Origin: Octopus vulgaris
Lineage: Eukaryota
Length of the DNA stretch: 64,000 bases
Direction of reading: 5' to 3'
Assembly (NCBI GenBank): GCA_951406725.2
Contig: OX597816.1
Span: forward strand, 169,136,001-169,200,000
The notes beneath the pieces are model-generated. The model saw only the letters and a program-made list of their open reading frames with translations, was not told the origin of the DNA and did not search any database. The position numbers were made by a program, and so were the translations under genes. Numbering within the stretch: position 1 is the stretch's first letter; each line of letters begins with the position of its first letter. Shown here piece by piece: positions 13,144 through 25,277 of this stretch.

Positions 13144-14646
13144 TTGAAAGATATTTAATTAAAGTACGGTTACGATCACGTGAACACGTTCTTTTCAAGC
13201 GCTGTCAATACGTCTCAATTCGCTTATATGTCTCACATGCATAGATAAAGGTTAGTGGACATTTCCCGTAACCGTCTAAAGAACACTCCATCTATTTCAA
13301 CGTAATTCAAGTTAATTTGCACACAGATCATGCTTCGATTCTAAATAAGTTCTAGTAAATAGCCTATAAATAGAATTGTCGATCGTTGTCAACGGTGATG
13401 CTATAAACATTATGAAAGGCGTTAAGCTGTTTAGTCCAGCAATCACTGAAAAGTTTAGAATTTTCTTCACCATCATACGTTTTCGGTTCTTGCAATTAGA
13501 TCTCCTAACTTTACCCAATAATTCATTTTGTAATGCGCAGAGCTTTTGATGTATTATGCAAAGGCACCAATTAAATAGACCTGCGTTTATAATTTGTCGG
13601 ATGGAAAACAATGAATCTGCGTTCAGAACTTTCTTTGCTTCGGAAATATACAAAAGCATCAGTGACGTAAACGAAGCGAATTGGTGCCAGCCATAAGCTG
13701 AAAACAAGCGGTGAATTAGGATTTGCTGAAATCTCATCTCTTACTCTATGGTGGCGGCCAACAACATCAACAACAGCAGTAGCAGCGACCAAAGTAATAA
13801 CTACAAGAAGAAAGAGAACTCTTGATGTAGTTCTCAAAACATGGATTATAAAGGTGCTAATATTAATAAGGAACTCCCTGGCCAGCTAGACGTATTCATA
13901 GTTCACCTCTTCGACTTTTATTAGACGGATTATTAGATTAGAAAAGTTTCATCAAAATAAACTAATAAATATTTTATTAGACTGGTTTTCTCACCAGAAC
14001 ACATGTTCTCATAATCAGAAAGACGCAGCTCTTAGGATAACAGTTTGTCTTCTCAAAATTCGACAGAACAAAGGAAAACACAACGATACAATGAACACGG
14101 TGTAGAAAGAGAAAGAGTTTAAACGTTGTCCGATGTTACTTGGAGAACGCATGACGATTGAGAGAACCATAAACAATGGCAGCAAAGTCTCACCTGCTTC
14201 AAAAATGTCTGGTTAAATAAAACTACAATAATTGTTGTATTACAGGAAAATGTTTCACTTGCAACCTTGCCTTTCAAAACAACCCACAATTCTACGACAA
14301 TAAGCGGTTTCTTATAAAAATATATAAAAATAGGCATATTTTGGAAACCCAGTTTTGAAAACGATGCTACGTATAAAAACAATCCAGCCTGTGACAACAT
14401 CCACAACTTTTGGTGGTTGTCATCATGTAACATACATTATTAGATAAAGATCTTCTTTAAAACCGGCCTAAATAATTGACCAAGTACTTAGATGGATTTC
14501 TTCTGGGAGAACAAATATGAACCTCAAGAAAAGACTCCTCTAACTACCAGCCCTTAACTTATTTGCTTGTAATATATATATACTGCTCCCCACCAAAATA
14601 TCTAGTAGGATAGTCAAATATGATATATATATATATATATATATAT

Positions 14647-14835
14647 AGTTAATCCAACAAGAAAACACAGAAAAAAAGAGAAAAAGAGAAAAAAACACAG
14701 CAACGCAGGACGTGGAACAATTAAAGTATTATTGACGCTCAGGAAAGAAGGGAAGGAGGGTTTAACGTTTCGAGCGGAGCTCTTCGTCGGAAACAAGGAG
14801 AAGGAAAGATCCCAAGGAGGGAAGACAGAGGAGAC
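14647..14835 (-). mobile_element. Penelope-like terminal fragment with degenerate hammerhead-like motif
   Basis: rc CCGACGA-A-GAGC-TCC-GCTC-GAAACGTT; downstream TTCCTGAGCGT shared with the 15660 copy; ends in (TA)n. Confidence 0.6.
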
Positions 14836-14947
14836 AATATTTGAGCTGGTGGTGCTTAAGAGATCACATGTTGAAAAGAACAGAATTTGGAGGTAGTTGA
14901 AAAATGGTTTTATAATGCAAGAGAGTTCCAAAAAAAAGGGAATGCCT

Positions 14948-15132
14948 GTGTGTGTGTGTGTGTGTGTGTGTGCAAGATGACAAGTGTGTTTGTGCGTGCG
15001 TGTGTGTGTGTGTGTGTGTATTTTTGGTGAATAGAGGTAATGACAAAGCCAGCTGTGGTGATGACTGCTAGCTGTTTGTGTCAAGCTAGGTCAAAGCCAG
15101 GTCAAAAAACATCATAGTGTGTGTGTTGTTTG

Positions 15133-15163
<31 letters not shown>

Positions 15164-15552
15164 CATGTGTGTTCGTGTGTGTATGCGTAGAGTGTGGGTG
15201 TGTGGCGTAACCTAGTACGTGTGTGCTTGTACGTGCGTGTGTGTGTGTAGGGGGATGTATATGTGGGTTCATTTGTGTGAGAGTGTATGTATGTGCGTGT
15301 ATGTGTGCGTTTGTATGTGTTTGTGTGTATGTGTGCGTGCGCGGATAGGTGAATATTGTGTATGTATATCTGTCGGTGTGTATGTGAGTTTGTGTGTGTT
15401 TGTACGCGTGTATGTGTGTGTGAGTGTATCGTATATATATATATGTAAATGTGTGTGTGTGTGTGCGTGTGTGTGTACGTGCGTGCGAGCGAATGTATGT
15501 ATATATGTGTGCGTGCGTGTACAATGTAGGGGCTTATATGTGTGTGTGTATG

Positions 15553-15622
<70 letters not shown>

Positions 15623-15628
15623 TAGATA
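14948..15628. repeat. Degenerate (GT)n, (TA)n and (GA)n low-complexity block
   Basis: Directly visible. Confidence 0.9.
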
Positions 15629-15659
15629 GATCGCCATGATAGATCGTGAGCCACTACAC

Positions 15660-15830
15660 ACATTTTTTTATCTCCTTGTTTTTCTCCTTTTTTCTGTGTC
15701 CCTTTCTGTAGAAGAGCGTAGGCTCGAAACGTAAAAGACTTTTTCTATTCCTGAGCGTTATACTAATACATCTGTTTGTTTTGTACACCACCTGTCTTCG
15801 TCTTTTGTTTTTTTTTCGTATATTCTCCCT
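15660..15830 (+). mobile_element. Penelope-like terminal fragment with minimal hammerhead-like motif
   Basis: CTTT-CTGTAGA-A-GAGC-GTAG-GCTC-GAAAC-GTA-AAAG at 15702-15737; ends in (TA)n. Confidence 0.6.
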
Positions 15831-15894
15831 ATATATATATATATATATATACATACATACACATATATCTGTGTGTGTGTGTGTGTCTTCGTGA

Positions 15895-16190
15895 CATAAA
15901 CCTAAGAAACGTTTTAGGGATGCCCTCAAAAACAAGCTTAAGACTCTTATTGTAGATGTTAAAGACTGGAGAGCAGACAACAGGAAACGATCGGTTTGGG
16001 AAGCAGTGATCCTACGATGGTTCTAAAGCATTTGAAACACGGAAAAATTGAACACTCCACCTTGCAACGAGCACTGTATAAATAGGACTTAACTTTAATC
16101 CCAGACACTTTTCTGCTTGAAAATGTTTGAAACATCTCCAGTAGGGTCTTTTTGTCCAAAACCAGACTTGCAGGTCATAGATCAGATGAC
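15895..16190 (+). mobile_element. RTE-clade LINE C-terminal relic
   Basis: Manual translation HKPKKRFRDALKNKLKTL..DW...RSVW, then after frameshifts GSKAFET..IEHSTLQRAL. Confidence 0.7.
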
Positions 16191-16241
16191 GGCGTCTACG
16201 AATTTAAGACATGGCTTTCTTCTCCATTTGTATAATTAATT

Positions 16242-16400
16242 CCTGTAGAGCAGAAAGGTTGTAAAGGTAATCCAGCGAGAGAATTGATCAACTCCATGGT
16301 AAAAAATATGTTGTTGGATGATGCGGAAGTACGCAAAAAGAACCTGCTGTATATCTTTGATTCTATCGCTCATGACACATGAATATCTGTAAGAGATTTC
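16242..16400 (+). mobile_element. R4/Dong-like RT fragment
   Basis: Manual translation PVEQKGCKG...MLLDDAEVRKKNL..FDSIAH resembles the P.EQKGC...KNL...AFDSVPH block. Confidence 0.55.
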
Positions 16401-16481
16401 GGTGGGATAGTAGTTCTCTTCATTCCATTGTATGCTTATCACCTTAAAGTTAATAAACAAAAATGCCAATTTGAGATAGTT

Positions 16482-16518
<37 letters not shown>

Positions 16519-17381
16519 GAAGAGAGAGAGAGAGAGAAAGAGTGGAGGGGGGAAACCAGGTTCAGCTACCGCATCGTTGTTATGGACGGCTTAAAATTGC
16601 ATGCCACAAATAGTCCCCAGTTTGAGAGGTTTTCCTTAACGAATAGAAAAATATTGATTTCAAAGTTTGGTAGAAGGTCAGAAAATTCGAGGTGAAGTTG
16701 ATTACACCGACTTAGTTTTATAGAAATGTAGTTTTTCTTTAATACTTTTGGGCGGAAGAGATGACAGAAGGTCGTAATGCGTCGAGACAGACAAACCAAA
16801 CAAACCATTGATTGGTCTCCTGATAGGTGAAATAATACAAGGATGGACAAATTTCACGTTTTACAAGTACTTGGGCACAACTGAAAATGAATGAAAACTT
16901 TGAATAAAGATTAAGAATGAATGTTTTAACACAATCAAGTATATTTTAAAAAAATTCATCTCAATAGCAAGAACACTCTGTATCATTAACACATTTGCAG
17001 AGTCAAACGTAAGATATAGCTAGTGTTGGACTTAGATTCCATAGACTGTAATATGAGAGATCTACTAAAATCACTACACTGCTTACAGAATATTTGATAT
17101 CCAAAAACCCTAGATAGGAAGATGACAGGAGAGCAATATATGAATGTAGTTATTAATCTTGTATTTATCTTTGCACTTTACAAGAAAGTCTGCTACGTGC
17201 CCTTGTTGACTATGATTGTAGAAGATGAAATAAATCGACTATATCTACAGAACTTACAATCTCACAAAACGATCAATAACTATTTCGAACATCTCCCCGC
17301 CCCCACAAAGGATAAACTGATGGCATATAGGTCAACCGTGGGGAGCAACCATAAAAACGGACCTTTACGGTGAACTGTCTA

Positions 17382-17783
17382 GGATCTTTTCGGTTTGAAC
17401 GGCAGTTTTTTCTAGCGGTGTCATATGAAATTGTCACCCATAATTATGACCCTAGAATCGATCTATTGCATTTCAATCTCTTTTAGGGTTAGGGGTGGGG
17501 GAAGGGTATCTTGTTTTCTTCACAAATGTAAATAAACCCAATCTGTTTCTTAAACGAGGGACATATTCATACGGCACAGAATGTTTTTTACCTCAATGGA
17601 CGTCATTGATTGGTTAAAATTGAAGAAAAAACAACAACAAATATCTTACAAACTATAGAATTTTCTCAATAAAAGCAAGAGAAAAAGATGTTTTATAAAC
17701 ACATTCTACCAGTATACAAAGTTTAAAATTTTTTAGTTACCTAGAAATTATGTTAAAAACTGCCGTTCAAACCGAAAAGATCC
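17382..17783 (+). mobile_element. MITE (29-bp TIR, 8-bp TSD, internal TTAGGG)
   Basis: TIR GGATCTTTTCGGTTTGAACGGCAGTTTTT; TSD ACTGTCTA / ACTGACTA. Confidence 0.95.
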
Positions 17784-18109
17784 ACTGACTATGCAATATA
17801 TTGATTTTATTTCAAATAATTTCAAATTTTGGCACTATGCCAGCAATTTTAGTGGAGTGGCAAATCAATTACAAACTTATCTTACAAACTATAGAATTTT
17901 CTCAATAAAAGCAAGAGAAAAAGATGTTTTATAAACACATTCTACCAGTATACAAAGTTTAAAATTTTTTAGTTACCTAGAAATTATGTTAAAAACTGCC
18001 GTTCAAACCGAAAAGATCCACTGACTATGCAATATATTGATTTTATTTCAAATAATTTCAAATTTTGGCACTAGGCCAGCAATTTTAGTGGAGTGGCAAA
18101 TCAATTACA
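17642..18109. repeat. 236-bp-period tandem duplication
   Basis: 17642-17873 repeated at 17878-18109, duplicating the MITE right end and a SINE tail. Confidence 0.92.
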
Positions 18110-18266
18110 TCGACTCTAGTGCTCAACTGGTACTTATTTTATCGACGCCGGAAGGGGTGAAAGGCAAAATCAGCCTCGGTGGAATTTGAACTCTTAACGT
18201 AAAGACAAGCAGTGTACCACTAAGCATTTTGTCCAGCGTGCTAACGATTCCCCCAGCTCACTGCCT
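18054..18266 (-). mobile_element. SINE family A, tail type 2
   Basis: Shared core and head. Confidence 0.8.
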
Positions 18267-19119
18267 CAAGGGTACGCCATATATGAATAAAAAAAACCAA
18301 TTATGTTTTATGCTGGATAAACCAGTTCGGCCTGAATGTGACAACAAAAGCATCAATATTCGCATTATGGGAGCTGGAAATTTATCGTTGCCAGATATAT
18401 TAGAGGGATATCCTTAACTCCTATGATATAGGTGATAGGTTTCGCCTATTTGATGTGCTTTTTGAAACAACAAGCTACATCGTATCAAGACATCCCACAT
18501 TATCTCCAACAATTTAACATAGCAAAGCTACTCTGCATACACCCAGTTACACATTTTCAGCTGTTTTAACAAAAAGAAAACAAAAACTCTGTAGTACTCA
18601 TTTGAATCTCCACATATGTTAGAAAACGATAAGGTGAAATAGCTATGGATACTTTCCAAATCATCAAAACATAAAACAGCTCATAATAAGTCTAACACCA
18701 TTTTTTTTTATCATGACAAAAACTACAACAGCATACTAATTAGCGACACAGTAGTACCAAACGACAATGAGGCTGTATAGAAACGAACTTAAAGGCAAAA
18801 AAGTAAGACGGAAACAAGCTGTTGAATACTAAAAAAAGAAAATTCTGGTAGTTAACGAATGTGCGTTATCATCCCATTTTTTACTAGCACAATTATTATG
18901 ATACACAACTATTTCTATAAGAACACTGACAGTTTATTTATAATGATAAACATAGGCACGTTCCAGAAATTAACAATACTGGGATCTCATAAGTATTGTT
19001 AGAGCTTTTTCATGCATCATCTTAATTTATTATGTACCCAATCTTGGCTTTGAGAAAAGAAACTTTTGATGCATTTCCAAACCATGATTAAGAAAGATAA
19101 CTAAAAACCAAAAAAATAA

Positions 19120-19736
19120 TGGGTTCAAATTTTGGCACAAGGTTAGCAACTTCAGTGAGGGGGTAAGTCGATAATATCGACTCCTGTATTCAACTGATAC
19201 CTATTTTTATCGACCCAGAAAGAATGAAGGGGGAAATCAGCCTCAGCGGAATTTGAACACAGAACTTAAAGACAGACGTAATAACTATTTCTTTACTACC
19301 CAGAAGGGGCTAAACACAGAGAGGACAAACAAGGACAGTCAAATGGATTAAGTCGATTATATCGACCCCAGTGCGTAACTGGTACTTATTTAATCGACCC
19401 CGAAAGGATGAAAGGCAAAGTCGACCTCGGCGGAATTTGAACTCAGAACGTAACGGCAGACGAAATACGGCTACGCATTTCGCCCGGCGTGCTAACGTTT
19501 CTGCCAGCTCGCCGCCTTTAATACTCCTTTCTGCTATAGGCACAATACCCGAAATTTTGGGGGATTGAGGAAGTCGATCATATCGCCCCCAATATTCCTC
19601 AGCTGGTACTTATCTTATTGACTTCACAATGATGAAAGGCAAAGTCGACCTCGGCGGGATTTGAACTCAGAAATCAAAGCCGGAGGAAATGTCGCTAAAC
19701 ATTTTGTCCAGCGTATCTGCTTAATACTCGTTGCCT
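19120..19736 (-). mobile_element. Cluster of three SINE A copies
   Basis: Type 2 (19120-19285), type 1 (19286-19516), type 2 (19523-19736). Confidence 0.88.
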
Positions 19737-20264
19737 AATATAACAATAATTATCGTTTGGCGGGGGTGGGTGGTTAAAAAAAAAACACAGCCACATGATT
19801 TTAAAAAAACCCTTTAGAAACAGGAATCATCTGAAGCAGTTATAATACACCGCTCCTGTCGCCATTATAACCACCGATACAATTTTATCCTCCTCCCATA
19901 CATATCTTGACCATCGTCATCATCAACACTGTCTCTGCTTTCACCACAATCACCGTCAAAACTACGATCACCACAATCAGTTTCTTTACACAGTTGAAAA
20001 TCCATTATCCGATACTCATAGGACCGAGATTGTTGCAGAGTTTTGATTTTTCTAATTTCTGAGGGCTTTATTAAAAAGAAATGCATCTACAAAACGGAAC
20101 AGTTCGAGGATAGAAACCAAGTCTAAACACAATAGCTTACAGACATACTCTGAATGTAGTTCTATATGGATCTTTAATATTTTTTTTATACTTATGACCA
20201 TCAAAAATGTTAAGATATCAGCCTCTACCCACGTTGTCATGCTTTGATTAAAAGGTTACAGCAT

Positions 20265-20610
20265 AAATTAGATTGCTTAGATATGTTTCGGCCGAAGTTG
20301 ACTCAGGCCATGTCTAATTTAATTGCACCACCTGGAAGAGATACACAGTCAGCTCTGGGGAACCGTAGCCCATTCAAGCAGAGGGTTATTGTTTTCAGAG
20401 ACATATTTGGGAGTGAGTGGTTTATCTGGTATTTGTTGGGGGTAATCATCTAGGGATCATTTGAATGCCGTGAAGTCACTTTCCTCCTTTATGTGTGTCT
20501 GACACGATGTTGAAAAGAGCAGGGCCAATTGAGGTGAAATAGTTCTGTCATAGTGTTGTGATACGACACGAACATTTCTATAGAGGACGGGTGACACGGG
20601 TGCCGAAGAG
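20265..20610 (-). mobile_element. CR1-group LINE 3' end relic
   Basis: Manual translation TTL*QNYFTSIGPALFNIV...FTAFK*SLDDYPQQIPDKPLTPKY..NNPLLEW. Confidence 0.7.
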
Positions 20611-21365
20611 AATATAAAGTGCTAGGTAATTGACTTTACAATCCCAAATGATGAGAAAGTCAATATGAGCGGTATAGAGAAACTAACAAAATACCAGGAC
20701 CCTGTCATTGAACTACAGAGGCTATGAAAAGTGCGGGTAAAATGTACTTATAGGTACATTAAGAAATATTCCTAAAGATTTGAACAGACAGATAGAGGAA
20801 ATAGGCAGTGTTATTAGGGACAGCAGATCTTTTCGGTTTGAACGGCAGTTTTTTCTAGCGGTGTCATGAAATTGTCACCCATAATTATGACCCTAGTATC
20901 GATCAATTGCATTTCAATCTATTTTAGGGTTAGGGTTAGGGTTAGGGGTCGGGGAAGGGTATCTTTTTTTTCTTAACAAATGTAAATAAACCCAATCTGT
21001 TTCTTAAACGAGGGACATATTCATACGGCACAGAATGTTGTTTACCTCAATGGACGTAATTGATTGGTTGAAATTGCAGAAATTGAAGAAAACAAAACCC
21101 AAATATCTTACAAACTATAGAATTTTCTCAATAAAGCCAAGAGAAAAAGATGTTTTATAAACACATTCTACCAGTATACAAAGTTTAAAATTTTTTAGTT
21201 ACCTACAAATTGTGTTAAAAACTGCCGTTCAAACCGAAAAACTCTGGGACAGTCCGTATACTTAGTAAGGTTCTTGGCATCTAAGGTTATTTTTTGTAGT
21301 CCAACGTTATGAATTTTTTTCTGTTGTGCGTATATGAAATAATAATAGTAAAATTAATAATTTCT
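20611..21365 (+). mobile_element. R4/Dong-clade LINE 3' end (restriction-like endonuclease), interrupted by a MITE
   Basis: IDFTIPNDEKV...EKLTKYQDPVIELQRL*KV and LLGT(A)|RILSKVLGI* across the MITE; TAA-rich tail. Confidence 0.75.
20825..21245 (+). mobile_element. MITE copy
   Basis: TIRs; TSD GGGACAGC / GGGACAGT; (TTAGGG)4 at ~20923-20947. Confidence 0.93.
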
Positions 21366-22202
21366 TAATAAAATTTGTAACAATAATAGTGATAGTTTAA
21401 GTAGTTTCTTGTTTATGTTAACTATTGTTGGGTAATGGCAAACTTAACTGAATGAAAAAAAAAAAGCAAAAAAAAAAAAAAACACTACAAAGAATTTTGC
21501 CGACTTGCAACTGTTGAAGAGGAACGTTAACTTGGTCGATTTGGCTGGTCTCGGCGGGCCTGCGTAAGATATAGGCACATCCCATTTCTCCTGACTCAAC
21601 CAAACAATCTGACTCAACCAAACAATTTTCTGTAAAGTCTACCGATCTAGAAACTAATATAGTAATTGCAATGGTTAAAGTTTCCGCTATTTTGCATTAG
21701 TTTCTGCACAAATGATCACTAATAATATCTACCAAAATTACTAACTTACTGAACAAAACAACGAAAATAGAAAATGAAACAAAATAAAATAAAACCAAGA
21801 TCGATACACTTTATTAACGTCATGATCTATTATCTATTATGAAACGAGAACTAAAACAGTCTCTTATAAAAGCGTTTAGGTTAACTGAATAAAAATTGAT
21901 GAAAACAAAAAGCAGAATGTACTCGATATTTGGTTTTCGTCAAATTTATTATTTTTTCCTGATGTCGGATAGATAGATATTCGTGTCTGCGACACCACTT
22001 ATGTTAATTAAGTGTAAAAATACTTTCTGATACGTTCAAACGCCTTTTCTGTATAATATCATGACAGTTTATAGTGATGCGATAAATTGAGACGTCAAAA
22101 TAACAGTTCTTCATGCTGTACGTACCATTTACCACCACCTCAAACACTTTTCTCTCATTTTCTTCTTTTTTTTATTTTGTAGCCTGCCTCAGTAAAACAC
22201 GT

Positions 22203-22611
22203 GGATCTTTTCGGTTTGAACGGCAGTTTTTTCTAGCGATGTCATATGAAATTATCACCCATAATTATGACCCTAGTATCGACATATTGCATTTCAATCT
22301 ATTTTAGGGTTAGGGGTGGGGGAAGGGTATCTTTTTTTCTTCACAAATGTAAATAAACCCAATCTGTTTCTTAAACGAGGGACATATTCATATAGCACAG
22401 AATGATTTTTACCTCAATGGACGTCAGTGATTGGTTGAAATTGCAGAAATTGAAGAAAAACAACAACAAATATCTTACAAACTATAGAATTTTCTCAATA
22501 AAGCCAAAAGAAAAAGGTGTTTTATAAACACATTCTACCAGCATACGAAGTTAAAATTTTTTAGTTACCTAGAAATTATGTTAAAAACTGCTGTTCAAAC
22601 CGAAAAGATCT
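22203..22611 (+). mobile_element. MITE copy
   Basis: TIRs; degenerate TSD AAACACGT / AAACGCGC. Confidence 0.93.
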
Positions 22612-22639
22612 AAACGCGCAACCAATGGTTAGAAACTTT

Positions 22640-23103
22640 ATGGCTAGATGGCAGAATCGTTAGCACGCTGGACAAAACATTTAATGGCATTTCGTTGGCC
22701 TTGATGTTCTGAGTTCAAATTCTACCGAGGTCGATTTTGCTTCTTCATCCTTTCGGGGTCGATAAATTAAGTACCAGGGAAACACTGGGGTCGATGTAAT
22801 CGACTAGACCCCTCCCACCAAATTTCAGACCTTGTGCCTATAATAGAAAGAATTATTAAGGCTATGAGCTGGCAGAATCGTTAGCACGCCGGGAAAAATG
22901 CTTAGCAGCATTTCGTCCGTCTTTATGTTCTGAGTTCAAATTCCGCCGAGGTCGCCTTTGCCTTTTGGGGTTGATAAATTAAGTACCAGTCAAGTATTAG
23001 GGTCGATGTGATCAACTTACCTCCTCCCCACAAATTTCAGACCTTGTGCCTATAGTAGAAAGGATTATTAAAGTTGGCAGAATCGTTAGCGCGGCAGACA
23101 AAA
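22640..23103 (+). mobile_element. Head-to-tail SINE A type-2 array (two copies plus a head stub)
   Basis: Each copy ends ..TAGAAAG.ATTATT and is immediately followed by the next head. Confidence 0.88.
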
Positions 23104-23296
23104 AGCGGGCACACAATTACCGCTACTTCTACCGCTTAGACTACCAGATCACATGATTTCGGCCGGATTTGGCCTTTTCAATGATAGACACTAAACGGCC
23201 GGAAATAGCAGTAGCTACCGTGCTAGCAATATACATAGAAATACGGAGCCAAAACAGGTGCTGATGTCACTAAAGGCCAGTGTGCTTATTAAAAAA

Positions 23297-23704
23297 AAGT
23301 AGATTGACAGAAACATTATAATACCCAAAGGTGAAATATGCACCACTTAAAAGTGTATGTTGCGGTTGACTACACAAATACTGAAATATTCAACAAGAGA
23401 GAAAACGCTTATATGATTATTTGGTGCATAACAGCACATCATAGCTACCGCCAGCGGCAGACAATCACCGCTCGGACTACCAGATAAGGCCGAAATTACA
23501 CGATCTGGTAGTCTTAGTGGTGGAAGTAGCGTTGAGTGTCTGCCGCTGGTGATAGCTATGATATGCTTTTATGCTCCATACACCCATAGAAAAGTTTTCT
23601 CTCTTGTTGAATATTGCAGTATTTATGTATTCTAACGCAACATTCACTTTTAAGCGGTGAATATTTTACTTTTTGGTATTAAAACTGCTTCTGTTACTCT
23701 ATTT
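23297..23704. repeat. Long imperfect inverted repeat (~190/200-bp arms, 17-nt loop)
   Basis: AATATTCAACAAGAGAGAAAAC / GTTTTCTCTCTTGTTGAATATT exact; GACTACCAGAT 23475-23485 / ATCTGGTAGTC 23503-23513. Confidence 0.92.
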
Positions 23705-24250
23705 AGTTTTCACTTCATTTGCATATAAGTCATAGGCCAAAGAATCGATTCGTTTCGAGACGAACTAAGTGCGTGGTATTAATAAGCCACAATAATCGTG
23801 AAATATCGGTATCTACCACTCATAGATACATTCCGCCTGGCCTGCTTTTTTAACACTCAGCGCTGCGCAGGGAGCTGTTGCAAACACTATACCGCAGCAA
23901 ATGCAGTTTACAAACATGACGCGCACACTGTGTATGTGCGATCACATTTGGATTCATTTCTGTTGTGTATTTCCGTGCTTGGTTCTGTGTTGTGAATCAC
24001 TTAATTCTAAATAGAAGGGAAGTTGCAACATCATAATGAAATTCTCATGAATCAACCATTTTTGACATTTACGACGCTCAAACCCTCGCTCCAAACAAAC
24101 TTCCGAATACATCTAACTACATATCCTTACTGCATTACACAATTTCGTAATCTACAAGGGGTGACAAATCTTCATATCAATCAGTACGATATGTCTTCTA
24201 TTAAAGAAACGACGCTGCTATTCGAATTAGAATGTATATAGTTAGTTAAA

Positions 24251-24470
24251 CCCTTTAGCATTCAGATAATTCTGCTTAATATAATCCTTCTTTATTCACA
24301 TTGTTTTGAATTAACCATGCATTATCTCATAGCCTTTAGATTTCAATGATGCGATTGTTGAATTTTCTAATGATACTGTAGGGTAGGTGTGAGAGGCCTG
24401 ATCTGGTCAGTTTGAGCACAAGACATGTAGAAAATTTGGGCCCGATATGGTCGGTTTGAATGCTAGAGGG
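24251..24470. mobile_element. piggyBac-like MITE copy
   Basis: TIR CCCTTTAGCATTCA / TGAATGCTAGAGGG with TTAA-like flanks. Confidence 0.75.
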
Positions 24471-24870
24471 TAAGAATTAATGGTGACTCACGTTGCCCGT
24501 TTGCTTTTGGAGGCATTGTGTTGATTTCGTTTTAATACGTGTGTGCATGTATGCTGAGTCGGCCCACTAAAAGCTTCTCTTTTGAAAGCTATATCCAAAA
24601 GAATTGTAGAAGCTAACAAAGTACAATGGTCTTGTTACTAGTGGGAGCAAAAAGTTGGGCGCGGCCTGAACATGGGCTACAGAGATCGCTCTCTGAGGGT
24701 CTCGAATTTGTTCTAAAATTTTTTTTCAACTGAAAACATTTGTAATCAATTGAACAATTGATGGCGTATTGATAGATTTTTGTCACGTATTGATAGATTT
24801 TTGTTTAAGTGTTGCTTACATATGCATTGCTAGTGAGGGAAACAGGCTGGAGATAATGCAGAGGTAAGAA

Positions 24871-25101
24871 GGCGGCTAGCTGGCAGAAACGTTAGCACGC
24901 CGGGCGAAATGCGTAGCCGTATTTCGTCTGCCGCTACGTTCTGAGTTCAAATTCCGCCGAGGTCTACTTTGCCTTTCATCCTTTCGGGGTCGATAAATTA
25001 AGTACCAGTTACGCACTGGGGTCGATATAATCGACTTAATCCCTTTGTCTGTCCTTGTTTGTCCCCTCTGTGTTTAGCCCCTTATGGGTAATACAGAAAC
25101 A
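24871..25101 (+). mobile_element. Full-length SINE A (type 1)
   Basis: Complete head, core and tail; degenerate TSD around ATGCAGAG. Confidence 0.92.
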
Positions 25102-25277
25102 GATATGCAGAGATATGATGTAAGATAGATGTGAGCCACGTGAAAAGTCAAAAGTGCGTCATTACAAACTGAAGTTGCTGATCTCTGCTTTACAAATCGT
25201 TCGATCTAGTTCGAAGCAGTAACCTAACTTATCTCAACGCACACTCTTCCCCCAACCCTTGATGAAAGTACGACACA

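Noticed and set aside
13312-14433. 141-aa, 88-aa and 104-aa minus-strand ORFs as exons
   Set aside because: No recognisable domain or convincing splice sites; cannot be fully excluded without RNA data
20923-20947. TTAGGG repeats as a true telomere or fusion scar
   Set aside because: Internal part of a multicopy MITE
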